This document shows, piece by piece, positions 38,368-52,000 of a stretch of DNA of 64,000 nt (within the stretch, counting starts at the first letter, position 1; each line of letters opens with the position of its first letter). Location: contig CM035361.1 in assembly GCA_020137815.1 (NCBI GenBank), positions 1,674,001 to 1,738,000 on the forward strand. The letters run 5' to 3'. The position numbers and the translations under genes were made by a program. Origin of the DNA: Hormiphora californensis (Eukaryota; Animalia; Ctenophora). Below the pieces are notes generated by a model. The model made no database searches and was not told where the DNA came from. It saw nothing but the letters and a program-made list of their open reading frames with translations.

Positions 38368-39448
38368 AATGTGGCAGATGCAGTCAGAGCTTGTTGAGTT
38401 AACAAGTCAGACAGAATCTAAATCTGCAGGCAATAGACTCAAACTTTTTAAAAAAAGACCCGAATTTTTTACCATTCTTTATTCAAAATATGTAACTGAA
38501 TGGTTTCTAATTTAATCTTTATTCATCACCTGACTTGATTAATTTATGTGTATCAGTACATAATCACATAATTGTAGTAGAAATTATTACTTCGTTATAT
38601 TTATCTGTACGATTTATTACTTAATTACTACTAAGCTAAAAATGCTAACCAACTCCCCCTTCCCCTCAGCTTATTTCTTTATTTCATGCTAACTCAACTT
38701 CCTATCCCCTTCAGCCTATTTCTTCATTGTATGCAAGTTCACAGACAGATTCTACATTCCAACCGCAAGGTACAGTTTATAAATTTATCTCAATAATAAT
38801 AAATATTTTAGTTTTTAGATAAACAATAAAGGTTGCTGTTCATTCCCAGCTACTATCATGGGAACAAGAACTTCTACTTCCAGAATTTGATACTCCCATC
38901 TGAATTCGATTTTCTAAAAGATAATAATAATTGACTCTCTTTTCTCTAAGATAGTAATATTACTTGTCCCTTACTTTTGCATTTTAGCCGTGACGTCATC
39001 CCTTTTCAGTGATACCACGCTACAAGAATCAATGGACAAGACATCGTGACAACTTTGGTAGATGTGGTGTGTGATCTCCAGCCCGGACTCTGACCACATC
39101 ATCTCCCTACTGTCTGGCGCCGCGACCCCATCTGATCGCACTGTCGCCATAAAGTCCCTATATTGTTTATTCAGGTCGCTATATGGGTCATTTTATAAGC
39201 AGAGAACTTTCTAGACTCTGATGGCTTTCACTTTTGAATATATGCAACTTTTTGAAAGTATGCCGGAACTCTTGAAGCCATTGTCAGGCCACTACTCTGA
39301 CAGTGAAGCCATATAATGGTTGACATGTTCCCAATCTGTCGCGGCTCTCACGACGGACAGCTTGTGTAGCATGGCAACCATTTGCAATTACTGAAACTCT
39401 TAATTATATTGGTAAATTATATTGCCTCCCTTTTCGGCCAGGCATGTA

Positions 39449-40324
39449 CCGTGTGGGGCAATAAAAATGCCCCCCCAAGTCTACCATAGTTCCAGATATG
39501 GTGGAGCGCTAAAATTTGGTACAGTAACTCTATGAGACAAATAAATAACTTGGCCAAAATTTCAGACCTCTAGCTCAAAATTCATTTTTTTGATAGGAAT
39601 GAACATTGTCATTCATTCCAGGAAAAAATATTTTCCGGTCCAAAATTTAACTAATTATGTTTGGCTATCGATTTGCTTTCCAATGGGACCAAGATCAGCT
39701 AAATTGGACAAACACAAGAGACACAGTGTCATGTTGCTTTAAGTTAGTCAGGTCATGTGATCTTCACCGAATCGTTGAGTTTCCCGGATTGCTAATCGGG
39801 CCAAGGGGCAAAGGAATCTCGTATCATGGTCGCTAATTGGGTATGTGTACCAATACAGGGTGATGTGATTCGAGGAAAGAGGACATTTATCAAAGAGCTA
39901 CAGATCTCATGACCAATCAGCATCGTCATCCCTCATTAGCAGATGTGATACGTGATTCTCTACCACTTATACCAATTCGTAATACTGAACACGATCAACG
40001 ATTCAGTGAAGATCACATGACCTGACTAACTTTAAGAAACATGACACTGTGTCTCTTGTGGTTGTCCAATTTAGCTGATCTTGGTCACATTGGAAAGCTA
40101 ATCGATAGCCAAACATAATTGGTTAAATTTTGAACCGGAAAATATTTTTTCCTGGAATGAATGACAATGTTCATTCCGATAAAAAAAAAGAATTTTGAGC
40201 TAGAGGTCTGAAATTTTGGTCAAGTTATTTATTTGTCTCATAGAGTTACTGTACCAAATTTTAGCGCTCCACCATATCTGGAACTATGGTAGACTTGGGG
40301 GGGCATTTTTATTGCCCCACACGG
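39449..40324. mobile_element. Tc1/mariner-type MITE with ~330-bp TIRs and TA TSD
   Basis: TA|CCGTGTGGGGCAATAAAAATGCCCC...GGGGCATTTTTATTGCCCCACACGG|TA. Confidence 0.9.
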
Positions 40325-40990
40325 TACTACAAATGTTAAACACGTTGTATGGTGTCTGTATGTTATCGCTACTATCGTCACAAATCGAGTTGTCGATATA
40401 AAACTGCAATCTGGTTTCAACTAGTTGTTATTTTATCAGGGAGGGAGAGAGAGTGGGTGCTTCGTTTTTATAGTGTTCAACTTTTGGTTATGTTTGTAAT
40501 TATTACAGTTCACTGAAATCAACGAGTTTATAATTTTTAAGTTTCAAACGGTTTGGTGCAGTGGTGTCTGTCAGGCCAATACTTGTTTTGTTCAAACCCA
40601 TTTTTTTATAAGACAGAGAGGGTCGAACAAGTACAAGGCAAGCCAATGCTCTGACCATGGTTCTCGTGCACTCCATATATTTGAAAGAAATGAGAATATG
40701 GTCAGGCAATCAGGCAATAATATGAAGTATTTGATGAAGGAGCAACATTGTAAATTGTTGTCCCTCGCAACTGAGCGTGTTACAGCCAGTTTTGTGACCG
40801 GGACACCTCACTAGTATGTAAACTTGTCGAATTCTAAACCCCTATGCCTTTTTACAAAAGGCATCCGGTTGAATGCCTTCGGCATTCACCCGGGCGGGGA
40901 AATAAAATCAGTCAGATCTGATGGAATCAGTCAGATGTCATCTTTAATTCTCCCATTTTCTCCCACCCTTACTCAACAACTATTTTCCAG

Positions 40991-43900
40991 ATGAACCTCC
41001 GGCCGGCTCTCACGAGGGCATTGCTTCAAGCATTCCCACGCAGATCTCTCACAATTTCCACAAAGGTAAACATAAAATAATCATAATTGTTGCTTTCTTT
41101 CCAGCATGCACCAGACCCGTTCTTGCGTGTGTCTGAAAGAAAGGGTCGAGGTACACACCAGACAGGTTGCTGCGGGGGATCTCCAAATAATTAATTGATA
41201 TTTATTAATTAATCCCTAAATCTAAAGCTTTCTATTAATTCAGGAACTACCAGAAGGATCGAGGTTCACGGTATCACAGCAGGGTTTAGTGGATGACCAC
41301 ACAGGACGAACCATCCTACACATTGAGTCACGTGACTCCTGTCGGTGTGACACATGTTGGAATAGACACAGGTACATTTGCATTGACAAGGTGGGTGGGA
41401 CTAAGTTTTTTATAATGAAGCTTTTGGCCAGATCAAAAAGTTCAGATTTCAGGGCGGGTTTGGCTTTTTATGCCCCCTCCTCCCATAATCTAAAATTGTT
41501 TATTTTCCCGTAGTAACCAGTACAGATCTAACTACAAAGACGGTAATGTGAAGATAGTGGATGTGATACGTAGTGACGCTAACTTCGTTCATTTGGTAAG
41601 AAACCCGTGAACTATCAAAACATGCAGAGTCTCTGTGGATGAACTTCCTAGGCCAAAATCACCTCCATCTATTTTGAGATCACAATGTGTTATGTCTGGC
41701 GCCGACCCGGCCTCAGCGTCAAAAATGGGGTTTAAAACGTACATTCCCTTGCTGCAGGAATGGAGTGATGGGCATGTGGGACAGTACGCGATAACTCCAG
41801 AGGGTGTTTATGGGAACGGAACCAAACCCGCACCCTCTGATGAAGATGTGAAGGTATATGCAGAACTCTCTTTTTAGAAATCATGATTCGATTTAGTAAG
41901 AGCTATACAGGCCCGCTACCAGGCTGATTGCTCTGACCACAGTTCTCACGCTGATAGAAATGAGAATAGGGCCAGGCCAATGCTCTGACAGCAAGCTCGT
42001 GACTTATTTCTGTCGTTTCTCGGTCCATGATATGTATACAGTCGGACCCCGATTTACCGGGCAAAACCCTTTCTCCCGAGCATCCCGTTAAATCGGAGCC
42101 CAACTGTACCACTACTATACCTACAGGTGACACTACGAGAGAGGTTGGAGTTGTGGCCCCAGCAACCCCAGCCTCACTGCGGGTTTCTGGCTAAACAGTG
42201 GGACTGGGAGGAGCTAGTGAAGGAGAAGGAGGGTGTCAGACAGATGTTATTACACTTTATGAAATATGGAATAGCTTTCATACATGGTGTTCCAAAAGGT
42301 AATATACAGGAGTTCAATCGAGGGACAGTTTTTCAATTTTTTTGGGCACGTCAGGCGCTCTGTGTTCGTGCACGAAATTTCGGAGCGGGCCTGCTACACA
42401 ATACACATAACCAAAATGGTTTTGTGTTATATTGACTTTGTATTTCGGGGAGTCATTCCTGGGGATGAATACCTTGCCATGCTACTCAGTCTGTCTTCGG
42501 TCCGGTGTGAGAGCAAACAGACTGGGAAAGTGTCAAGAATAATTCGCTTTGATTTCAGAAAAGGGCTTGAGAGACATTGTAAACAAGGACTTGGCGTGCG
42601 GACCAATATGGGATACAATATTTGGGACTTCGTCAGAGGTAAACAAAGAAACAAAGAAACAAAGAAACAAACAAAGAAACAAACAATCAAACAAACAAAC
42701 AAACAATCAAACAGACAAACAAACAAACAAACAAACAAACAAAATGTTTACAGGTGAAAGCAGTAGCTAATGCGAGTAATGAAGCGTATAGTAACGATTA
42801 TCTAGAGGCTCACATTGACCTCCCCTATTATACCCAGCCACCCCCAGTCTTCTACTTTTATTGCAAACACAACACAGCCATGGTATGAGAATAATTAATT
42901 ATGACAGTGATGATTATGGAGGGTCCAGCCCTAAAAAAGCTAAGCCATCGGCCAAAATCAGGGTACCATTAGCCTTTTTTAGGGCTGGACCCCCCCCCCC
43001 CAACTATAACTATTAACTAATAATTTATCTAAGAAAGGTCAATTAATGTCAATTGATGTAATATTGTTTTCAGGGCGGTGAAAGTTTCTGGGTGGACACG
43101 TTTTCTATTTTGGAGCGACTTCGTGTAACCCACCCTGACTACTTCCTCGCTCTCACTAGGACTAAAGTCACATTCCACGCCTTTAGTCCGGGGTTAGATA
43201 AAGTGTTTATTAAGGGGACCTACCCCAGTGTTGAGCTGAATGATTCAGGTAAGATTTATTTAGTAAATGAGTAACTGGTTGAGTGGGGGTCTTATTACTC
43301 AACAAGGTAAAACAGGACATGCAAACTGTATAGGTCTTGGTAACGAAGTTACCCCTCCCTTGCCGGCGCGGCGTGCGAAGCACGCCAAACGAAGGCCGCG
43401 AAGCGGCCTGAGTGTGAGGTGTCTTCGATACCAAGTATAGGTCATAATATAACAGATCTTTATCAATCGCTTTAGGCCAAAGAAGTTACTTTATGTCTAG
43501 CTAGAATAATCAAACATTTTCAGGTTCAATATACCGGTATCGTGACCTGTTTTTCGCTCGAGACAACTATCAGTTTGTGAATGAGGTACCGGTAGAAGAG
43601 AGAGCACTTTGGTGGGAGGCTTATCTGTACCTCAGAAGACAGGTTGGTAACTCAGGGTGATATACTGAGATACATCATGGCAATCCGTCTGTCAGGCCAA
43701 TGCTCTGACCGCGGTTCTCGAGTAGGGTCAGGCCATTGCTCTGACCCCTCCCTTTTTGTTAAGTTAGGGATTATCTCAACAACTCCTTCCACATTGCCAA
43801 GCTAGACTGCCTTATAAAATAAAATAAAAAGGGGTTGAACAAAACAACTTCCACACAGGTTGATAATGAGGCCCACCAGTTAGAACAGAAGCTACAGAGT

Positions 43901-44038
43901 GGCACACTGGTTCTAATAGATAACTGGAGGGTAATGCATGGGAGGAAGGAGTTCGTACCCAACAGTGGAGGGAGACTTATGGAGGTGGCTTATGGGGATT
44001 GGAATCATCTTCAGAGCAGGGTTCTATACCAAGAATAG
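40991..44038 (+). CDS. BBOX1: Gamma-butyrobetaine / trimethyllysine dioxygenase family (TauD-like 2OG-Fe(II) oxygenase), with mitochondrial-type presequence
   Basis: Multi-exon. Start MNLRPALTRALLQAFPRRSL; N-terminal RDSCRCDTC and EWSDGHVGQY; KYGIAFIHGVP; EAYSNDYLEAHIDLPYY (HxD); GGESFWVD; DNWRVMHGRKEF (distal His). BBOX1 versus TMLHE orthology is not certain. Confidence 0.85.
43337..43434. mobile_element. ~100-bp mini-element with 9-bp TSD and two GCGAAGC hairpins
   Basis: GTATAGGTC|TTGGTAACGAAG...CTTCGATACCAA|GTATAGGTC. Internal GGCGTGCGAAGCACGCC and AGGCCGCGAAGCGGCCT. Confidence 0.75.
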
Positions 44039-44409
44039 TGTGAAGACGGAGAGCAGGATTCTTGTATACCAATAATAGTGTGTGAAGTCATGGAGAGAGA
44101 CGGAGGGATTCGATACCAAGAATCGTGTGGACAGAGGGGCGGGGGTGTTCTGTTTAGACTTGCAAAGAGCGCTACATAGGGCATTAAAGAATCTGGTTAT
44201 GTAGTTTTTATTAAAATTACTTTGGACGAGTTTCATGACGTGAAATATTGTTTTGTCACCACCCTTCAAAACGTGTTGTTTTGTCCCATGATCCCACCTC
44301 TCGCTCACGAGTGAAATGTGTGTTGAAATTATACAGGACAAAGTATAAAGACGGGAATTTAAAACAGTCGGGACAACTATAGACTATTGTGACAAGTGAA
44401 AACAAGTTT

Positions 44410-44466
44410 TTTACACAATCAACAAATGTTTCACGCGAATGCGATCGTCAGGATTAAAAATGTAAA
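44410..44466 (-). ncRNA. Mirror copy of the hammerhead ribozyme in the left Penelope arm
   Basis: Reverse complement of 45751-45807. Confidence 0.75.
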
Positions 44467-45750
44467 CTTGTTTACTCGTTAACAGTCCTCTGCTCCTTCA
44501 TAAAGTTGGATGTTTCATGAGTTTAACGGCTAGATACTTCCTCTTGTGCGGACACTTGTTTAACAGTTCGCTCTTCCTGTTTATCAGGTCCTTCCCTCTG
44601 AGGATGTGGTACTTTTCCGCCAGACACAGATTACAGGTTATATTACCAGGTTGATATGTGCGAGCTTTGGCTAATAATCGCCATGTTATGTCATGTCTTA
44701 TGTCTCTGTCCTTTAGTCTCCAGACTAGTTTGGACAGTTCTGTCTCGTTTTTGTATCTTTCGTGTCTGAATGTAGTTTTGTGTGTGTTCAGTCTGGATTT
44801 AAACGTCCCCTCGGCCATTCCGACGTATTTTGACTCCTTGTTCCCGTGCTTCACAGTAGCCTCGTACACTACCCCTGTTGTTAGGCACTTTTTATTTACG
44901 GGGCATGATTCGGCTTTCCTGCAGTTGCATTCCTTTCCCTTCCCTTCGTGCATCTCTTTTGCTTTCTTCAGGAGCTTCTTGTTGGTAGCCTTGACGATGC
45001 TGTCCATGTTCATCATGGTAGAATATGACAATTTTACCGTCTTTTTGTTGAAGAGCCGGTGAAATGGGTGTTGGGGAGGAAAGTGCAGCCTCAGTAGGTC
45101 GAAAAACTGTTTTCCGATATCCGTAGCCACATTTTTCGAGAATGGCGGGTTGAACCAAATGATTTTCAACAAAAAGACGGTAAAATTGTCATATTCTACC
45201 ATGATGAACATGGACAGCATCGTCAAGGCTACCAACAAGAAGCTCCTGAAGAAAGCAGAAGAGATGCACGAAGGGAAGGGAAAGGAATGCAACTGCAGGA
45301 AAGCCGAATCATGCCCCGTAAATAAAAAGTGCCTAACAACAGGGGTAGTGTACGAGGCTACTGTGAAGCACGGGAACAAGGAGTCAAAATACGTCGGAAT
45401 GGCCGAGGGGACGTTTAAATCCAGACTGAACACACACAAAACTACATTCAGACACGAAAGATACAAAAACGAGACAGAACTGTCCAAACTAGTCTGGAGA
45501 CTAAAGGACAGAGACATAAGACATGACATAACATGGCGATTATTAGCCAAAGCTCGCACATATCAACCTGGTAATATAACCTGTAATCTGTGTCTGGCGG
45601 AAAAGTACCACATCCTCAGAGGGAAGGACCTGATAAACAGGAAGAGCGAACTGTTAAACAAGTGTCCGCACAAGAGGAAGTATCTAGCCGTTAAACTCAT
45701 GAAACATCCAACTTTATGAAGGAGCAGAGGACTGTTAACGAGTAAACAAG

Positions 45751-45807
45751 TTTACATTTTTAATCCTGACGATCGCATTCGCGTGAAACATTTGTTGATT
45801 GTGTAAA
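45751..45807 (+). ncRNA. Minimal type I hammerhead ribozyme in the Penelope 3' UTR
   Basis: AATC-CTGACGA-T-CGC-ATTC-GCG-T-GAAA-CATTTG-TT-GATT: CUGANGA and GAAA core, short stem II, minimal stem III, GUU site, stem I AATC/GATT extended by TTTACA/TGTAAA. Confidence 0.75.
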
Positions 45808-46074
45808 AAACTTGTTTTCACTTGTCACAATAGTTAAGCTCTCCGCATCCCCGGATCGAGCACTCTACCAGGATACTAACTTCTACATCTAGCTAGGACA
45901 ACTATAGACAATACTTTGTACACAGAAATCTTACTAAAAATACAGTCCAAATAGCAGAACAGTCCTAAATAACTCTGGCCCTAATAATAACTCTGAGATT
46001 TTCAACACTTACAATGCAGCTACCTAATAAATCTTATACTTACGATGCCACCTCAATTAGGTTTTATTGAATTG

Positions 46075-49000
46075 TTACGCTACGATCTCCACTGGTGTGA
46101 GACTGGCTTCACTGGAACTTGTTATACTGGCTAAACTGGATAGTTCACCTAGAATTGAGTTATAATGTTACGGAGGGGAGGAGATTTCGTTGTGAGGGGT
46201 ACTAGGCTTATACCACCCGGATTCCGGGTATAAACCGCATAACCCGAAACCCTCCGTACGAGGATAATATTTGTTATGTTCTAACCCTCGGGGCGCCCGA
46301 AACACAGTCTAGCCAGGCAAGCTCAAGAGAATATTTCTGGGGAACTGGATTTACTATGATAGTAATCTTGAGAATAAGTGCCTAGGGGGACATACCGTGT
46401 GATGCCTTTATTGCCAGTCGTTTGGAGAGATGTTTCTTATAAAGCTTCGTCAGTTCACCCTCATATTTAACCTGCAGATGGACATGATGAAAACTATATG
46501 GTATAAGCTTGTTGAGTAAGGGGAAGACTGACTCTTCCCCCTTATATATATTATATATATTATATATTACTCAACAAGTATAGGCCAGGTATAGGCCAGG
46601 TATAGGCCAGGTGTAATGAAATTCCTCTCCGTGCAAGCTCACGGTAAGAGGATTGCCAACGAAAAATGAACACACCAGGTAGTACCAACTACCAACCTGT
46701 TCATCGTAGGGGTACTCTAGAAGGGTCACCTCACCTAGTCCACCTGATACTAGCGTCTTCCTGGAGGGAGAGGGAATTAGAAACGAGTTAATTAGTTCCA
46801 ATCAATCTTTCCTGCAATGTACCACTATCTGGCGCTGCCAGACCAATCATGATAGTGAAATGTATCTCCCGCCCCCTATATGTATTATAGTGCATATACC
46901 TCCGGGGTACATCTGCATCATATCCACTGGGTGTTATTGGAGAGAACTTCCACACCCGCAACGCCTTGTCAGCCCCAACACTCACTATACTGCTGTTCGT
47001 CACCTGAAGAATCGCACAATCATGGTAACAACATTTGTTATAGGGGGTCCTGAGTATCATCAGTTTCATTCAAACCCATTTATGGTCATGTATATCTGAC
47101 CAATGACCATATTTTTTTTATCGGGAAAACATTTAGAACTGGTATACAAACAATATAAATAAAACGTTAAATATCATCGTCCAAGAGCTCCACCAACGCA
47201 GCTTAGCCACAATTACAGGTGGCACCCAAAACGCTCTTACTCATAATAATTCTTACTAAAAATAGAAGCTAAAATTAGACACACGACTAAAGTTAAGTTA
47301 TTAGATATCTGAATAGGAAGGTTAGATTAAAAACTAAGCCGAAAAAAGAAAAAACATATAGGTTCATAAAATGGATACATCTCACACACTCACACAACCA
47401 CACACTCACAACACACATACTCACACCACACACAGCACACACAACAAAATACAACAAGTTAATAAGTTACGAGAACAACGACATAAAACTGTCAAGTAAA
47501 AGAGAAGCCACTCAAGTAGGAGTAGACAATAACTAGTTAGGGACCTAGCCAAGTAATAGTTAAATTAAAATACAGTCCAGATACAAGAGTGTTTATAGTT
47601 AAGGCCATCTTGCTCAAGCACCACCACACTGCTTTACAAATGTAGAGGGGCTGCTAGCTAGGAGAAGGGAGGGGAGACGAAGGTGTATCCACCGCCGATG
47701 ACCGCCGCTGGAAGAGGGCAACAGATACGCTGAAAACCACGGTTACGGGAAGGGGCTAGGGGTAGAGATAGAATTAAACAAGTGTACCTTGAGCCGATGA
47801 CAAAATGTGGGAAAAGTGGGTGACTGTCTGATAGATAAAGGAAGAGAGTTCCAATAGGAGAAAGAACGATAGAAATAGCTATTCCGGAAAACAGCACTAG
47901 AAGGTTTGACAGTACAGCATAAAGTAGTAAAGTCCGTGTTGTCAATGATATCCCTATTGGATCTAGTAGTGTAGGAAACATCGTCGAGAGACTTGATATA
48001 CAGGTAATTTGGAAGTATCACAGGTCAATGATCAATACCTGGATATCATTGACAACGCCCTTGTGCCCTTCCAGCTTGTGGGCCTCTCCAAAGTTCCTCC
48101 CGTTATCAATTAGCCAGTATTTAACCTGACAGGAAGTTAATTAGGAATAATTAGGAATTCCATGATTCGAGGCGAAAGTGATCTCTTGGGCAACTCACCA
48201 TTCCATCCTTAGAACAGGTGGCCATGACTCCACGAATATTCCTATCATCAGACAACACCAGCCTCACCTTCTCTATCCTGAAAACAATAGTGTTGTCTAA
48301 AACATCTTTTGAACCAGAACATAAATAAGTTGAAAACTGTTGATTCTAATCAGGGTAATTTGATTGACTAACTAACCCTTCAGTGTGAGGTGTGAGATGT
48401 TTAACAGGGAACCCAGTCTCCAGATGGTAGACAGTTACACTGCTGTTGTACACAATCGCTACACAATCCTGAAATCGGGTTCAGATCATGTATCTCAGAA
48501 CTCCCACTCCAACCTTCTAACTCTAAGTGTGCGAGGGTGAGAGGGAACCTCGATGAATTTGAGGAGCATTGAATCGTTCAAAAGTAGCACAGGCAGTTTC
48601 AGGTGAGTGAGCATAGCAACTATACATACCAGTGAGATGGATACGCTCATGACCCATCCGGGAGAGGCCCGTGTTACTGTAATACTCCTCAGACATTCCC
48701 CTGTATCGCAGTTCCATATCTTCACCATCTGATATAAAACACAGGATATTATGTCGCGACACAGGGATGGTATTTACCATCTGATAAAACCAGAATATTA
48801 TGTCGCGATACAGGGAGGGTATTTACCATCTGATATAAAACACAGGATATTATGTCGCGATACAGGGAGGGTACAGTCGGACCCCGATTTACCGGGATGC
48901 TCGGGGGAAAGGGTTTTGCCCGGTAAATCGGGGTGCCCGGTATATCGGGGTGATATACCGTTAATTTCCTATATCGGGGGTAGTTTATCCTCCCGGTAAA

Positions 49001-52000
49001 TCGGGGTTCCGGTAAATCGGGGCCCGGTAAATCGGGGTCCGACTGTATTTACCATCTGATATAAAACACAGGATATTATGTCGCGACACAGGGAGGGTAT
49101 GTTATACAGAAAGGGTATGCCACGATCGTTTACTGTGTGGGGGTACCGACCCGCACATCAAAACGGGGTCAGGACTCAGGTGGCACCGCCATGGACAAGG
49201 AGTTAAAAAAGAAATATAAATAGTCAGATAGGAAGAACAAAAAGGAGGATATTACCTTGTCAGCTCCACCAGTAACAAGAGTATCACCTTTAGCATCAAG
49301 TGAGAACACTGAACCAGCGTGGCCAGAGAACAGCTGCACTTGCTCGCACCTAGGCAGTAGTAGGATATTATTAGTGGTAAACTCAGGGTAGTCCAATAGT
49401 GCCCCTTTCGAGACAGGCTACCAAGTGCATCGTTTTAAACGGTTTGAAACAATGCACTTGAATCAAACCCACCTGATCAGGCCTAAAACCTGATCAAGGG
49501 GGAGAAAACCAGTAGAATTATGTACCGTTTTATGTCCCATGATCGTGCCATCTTGTCCTCGCCCCCGGTAAACATCATATCCCCGTGACACTTGAGTACC
49601 CACACTTTCTGACCATCATGGGCCCCATCTGCACTCTTTTGACACAATCCTGTGTGGAGGAGGGAGGTAGGGTTGGCAATATGGAAATTCCATATGGAAA
49701 TTCCATACTCCATATATGGAATTTGAAACAACATGGAACGGACAACCCTAGGTGCAGGTCATTAGGGAAGAGTGAGGGAGGGAGAGATGTGAGTATCTTG
49801 GGGGAGAGGGGTGGGGTTCTGATTCTGGTATTGTTTTTCTGTCCGTGTTATATTGGGATTACTTGAGGGGAGCAGAACAAAACACCAATGTGTGACATCG
49901 TACCTTTTTTAACATTCCATATCTTGATAGATCCATCGGAGCTACAAGAAACTAGACAGGCTGTTTTAAACCACTCCAAGCACCACACACCTTTCTAAAC
50001 AGTAATAAATTAAAATTAAATTATCGGTCAATAGTAAAAACCGTGGCTGCAACGCCATTGAAACGGAGATCGGATGACCGCGACATATCTGAATTTATCA
50101 AAGTACCGACTTGCCAGAAATATCCAGATAACCCCAATTATTTATAGCGTATGAGGGATATTGAGACCCATGATTTATACCGTATGAGAGATGAGTGTGG
50201 TATTTAGTGTCCCACCACTTTTCCCCAGACTCCATATTTTAATATCGCCATTCACCAGACCAGTAGCCATCTTACCCGTCTTGGGTTCGTATGCAACTGA
50301 TAATAACTGGGAAGGGAGAGATATTGGGTTCGTATGCAAATGATAATAACTGGGAAGGGAGAGAGGTAAAATATTTCTGGAAAGGGTTTAGTACATATAC
50401 CAGCTGCAGATACCTGCTTAATTAATTTATTGATTACTAGAAAGCCCATTGAAGTCCTGCAACAGCCCCCCCCCCAAACCGGCTATCTTCCCCTCTCAAT
50501 CTTTGTCTCTCATGTCAGGGTAAAGAATACGGAGGTTGGTAGTGCTAGAGCGCTGGTGATAAACATCAAGGGAAATTCCGCTGAATAACATGTAGAATCA
50601 TGTGATAAAGATCCGTAGAATTGTAGATGTGTAGAGAATCAACGGGGTACGTAGGTAGAAAAGCTTTGGCAATCATGGGGGCAGCAGTAGTAGATCCCAA
50701 AACACCACAGGAACAACACAGGAACACACAACAAACAACCAACAACATGCACGTGCAGTATCCCCCTCCAACACCCATCCCAAGCCACCTCCTTGGCAAC
50801 CCCCCTCTATTTGCACGTGTGGATACTACAGGGTGTCCCACTGTCTTTGCGTGACCTATGATTTTGGGTGATGAGTGGGTTCCATTCAAATGCTCATAAC
50901 TCATCGAAAAATTGGTCAAAACGGCTCAACCAAAAACAGTGTTGTAGAGAATTGTCAGGCGAACATTTGGGTACAAAATTGATGTTCCAAGTCTTACCAA
51001 CCGTCAGATATATTGTCTTAAAGTCAAAAATACGAGTTCATGAAATCCGACCGGGGTTCACGTTTTGAAAAATTCACATATGCAAAGTTGCTCGGATCAC
51101 ATTGCATGCCTCATAAGAGTTGTAGGAAATTGTCTGGCGGTCACTTTGGTACCCGGGTTTTTGTCCTAGCTTAATGTTTAGACTGTCTTATGACTGTCTA
51201 AAGACGAAATTCAACCAACATTTTTGAGGGGATCACGTGTCATCAACAAATGGGTAAAATGGTTTGAAATTTATAAGAGCTTCATTGGAATCGTCTAAGG
51301 TTCATTTTGATACCATGATTTTATCCATAGCTCTACGTTTTAGTTGCGTTATGACTGTAGGAACATAAAGATTTGTCTACGCTGAGTCTTAGTTGGTATC
51401 GGCTCACAACGCCTAATTAGGTGGCTCGGTGTCGTGTAATCCCATGATAATCAGCACATATCGTCTCAATTTCATCTAGACACTTGACAGGGTTGTTATG
51501 ACGATTTGGCAAGGCCCCTGTTAATGTGTAGGATACGCAAGTGGTCTATCTCAATCCTATCATGCACTAAGATGTTATTCAAGCAGCAATGAGCTTCAAA
51601 ACAGGGCAAAATGTAATGCGATACCTGAGACCACTTTTGTGAAAATTCCAGTTCTGACAGTCATAAGACACTCTAAACATTGAGCTAGGACAAAAACTCG
51701 GGTACCAAAATGACCGCCAGACAATTTCCTACAACTCTTATGAGGCATGCAATGTGATCCGAGCAACTTTGCATTTGTGAATTTTTCAAAACGTGAACCC
51801 CGGTCGGATTTCATGAACACGTATTTTTGACTTTAAGACGATATATCTGACGGTTGGTAAGACTTGGAACATCAATTTTGTACCCAAATGTTCGCCTGAC
51901 AATTCTCTACAACACTGTTTTTGGTTGAGCCGTTTTGACCAATTTTTCGATGAGTTATGAGCATTTGAATGGAACCCACTCATCACCCAAAATCATAGGT

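Larger units (their letters stand above)
44385..45895. mobile_element. Penelope-like retroelement: two 5'-truncated GIY-YIG 3' ends in head-to-head inverted orientation
   Basis: Arms 44383-45052 and 45165-45834 (~670 bp, near-identical). ORF motifs IIWFNPPFSKNV.TDIG, VKLSYS, CNCRKAESCPVNKKC, GVVYEA...YVGMAE..FKSR...H, CNLCLAEK, NRKSELLNKCPH. A 14-bp direct repeat GGACAACTATAGAC lies at 44371-44384 and 45896-45909. Confidence 0.92.

Noticed and set aside
44498-45559. 353-aa minus-strand ORF as one protein
   Set aside because: Chimera of the antisense right arm and the sense left arm of the Penelope palindrome.
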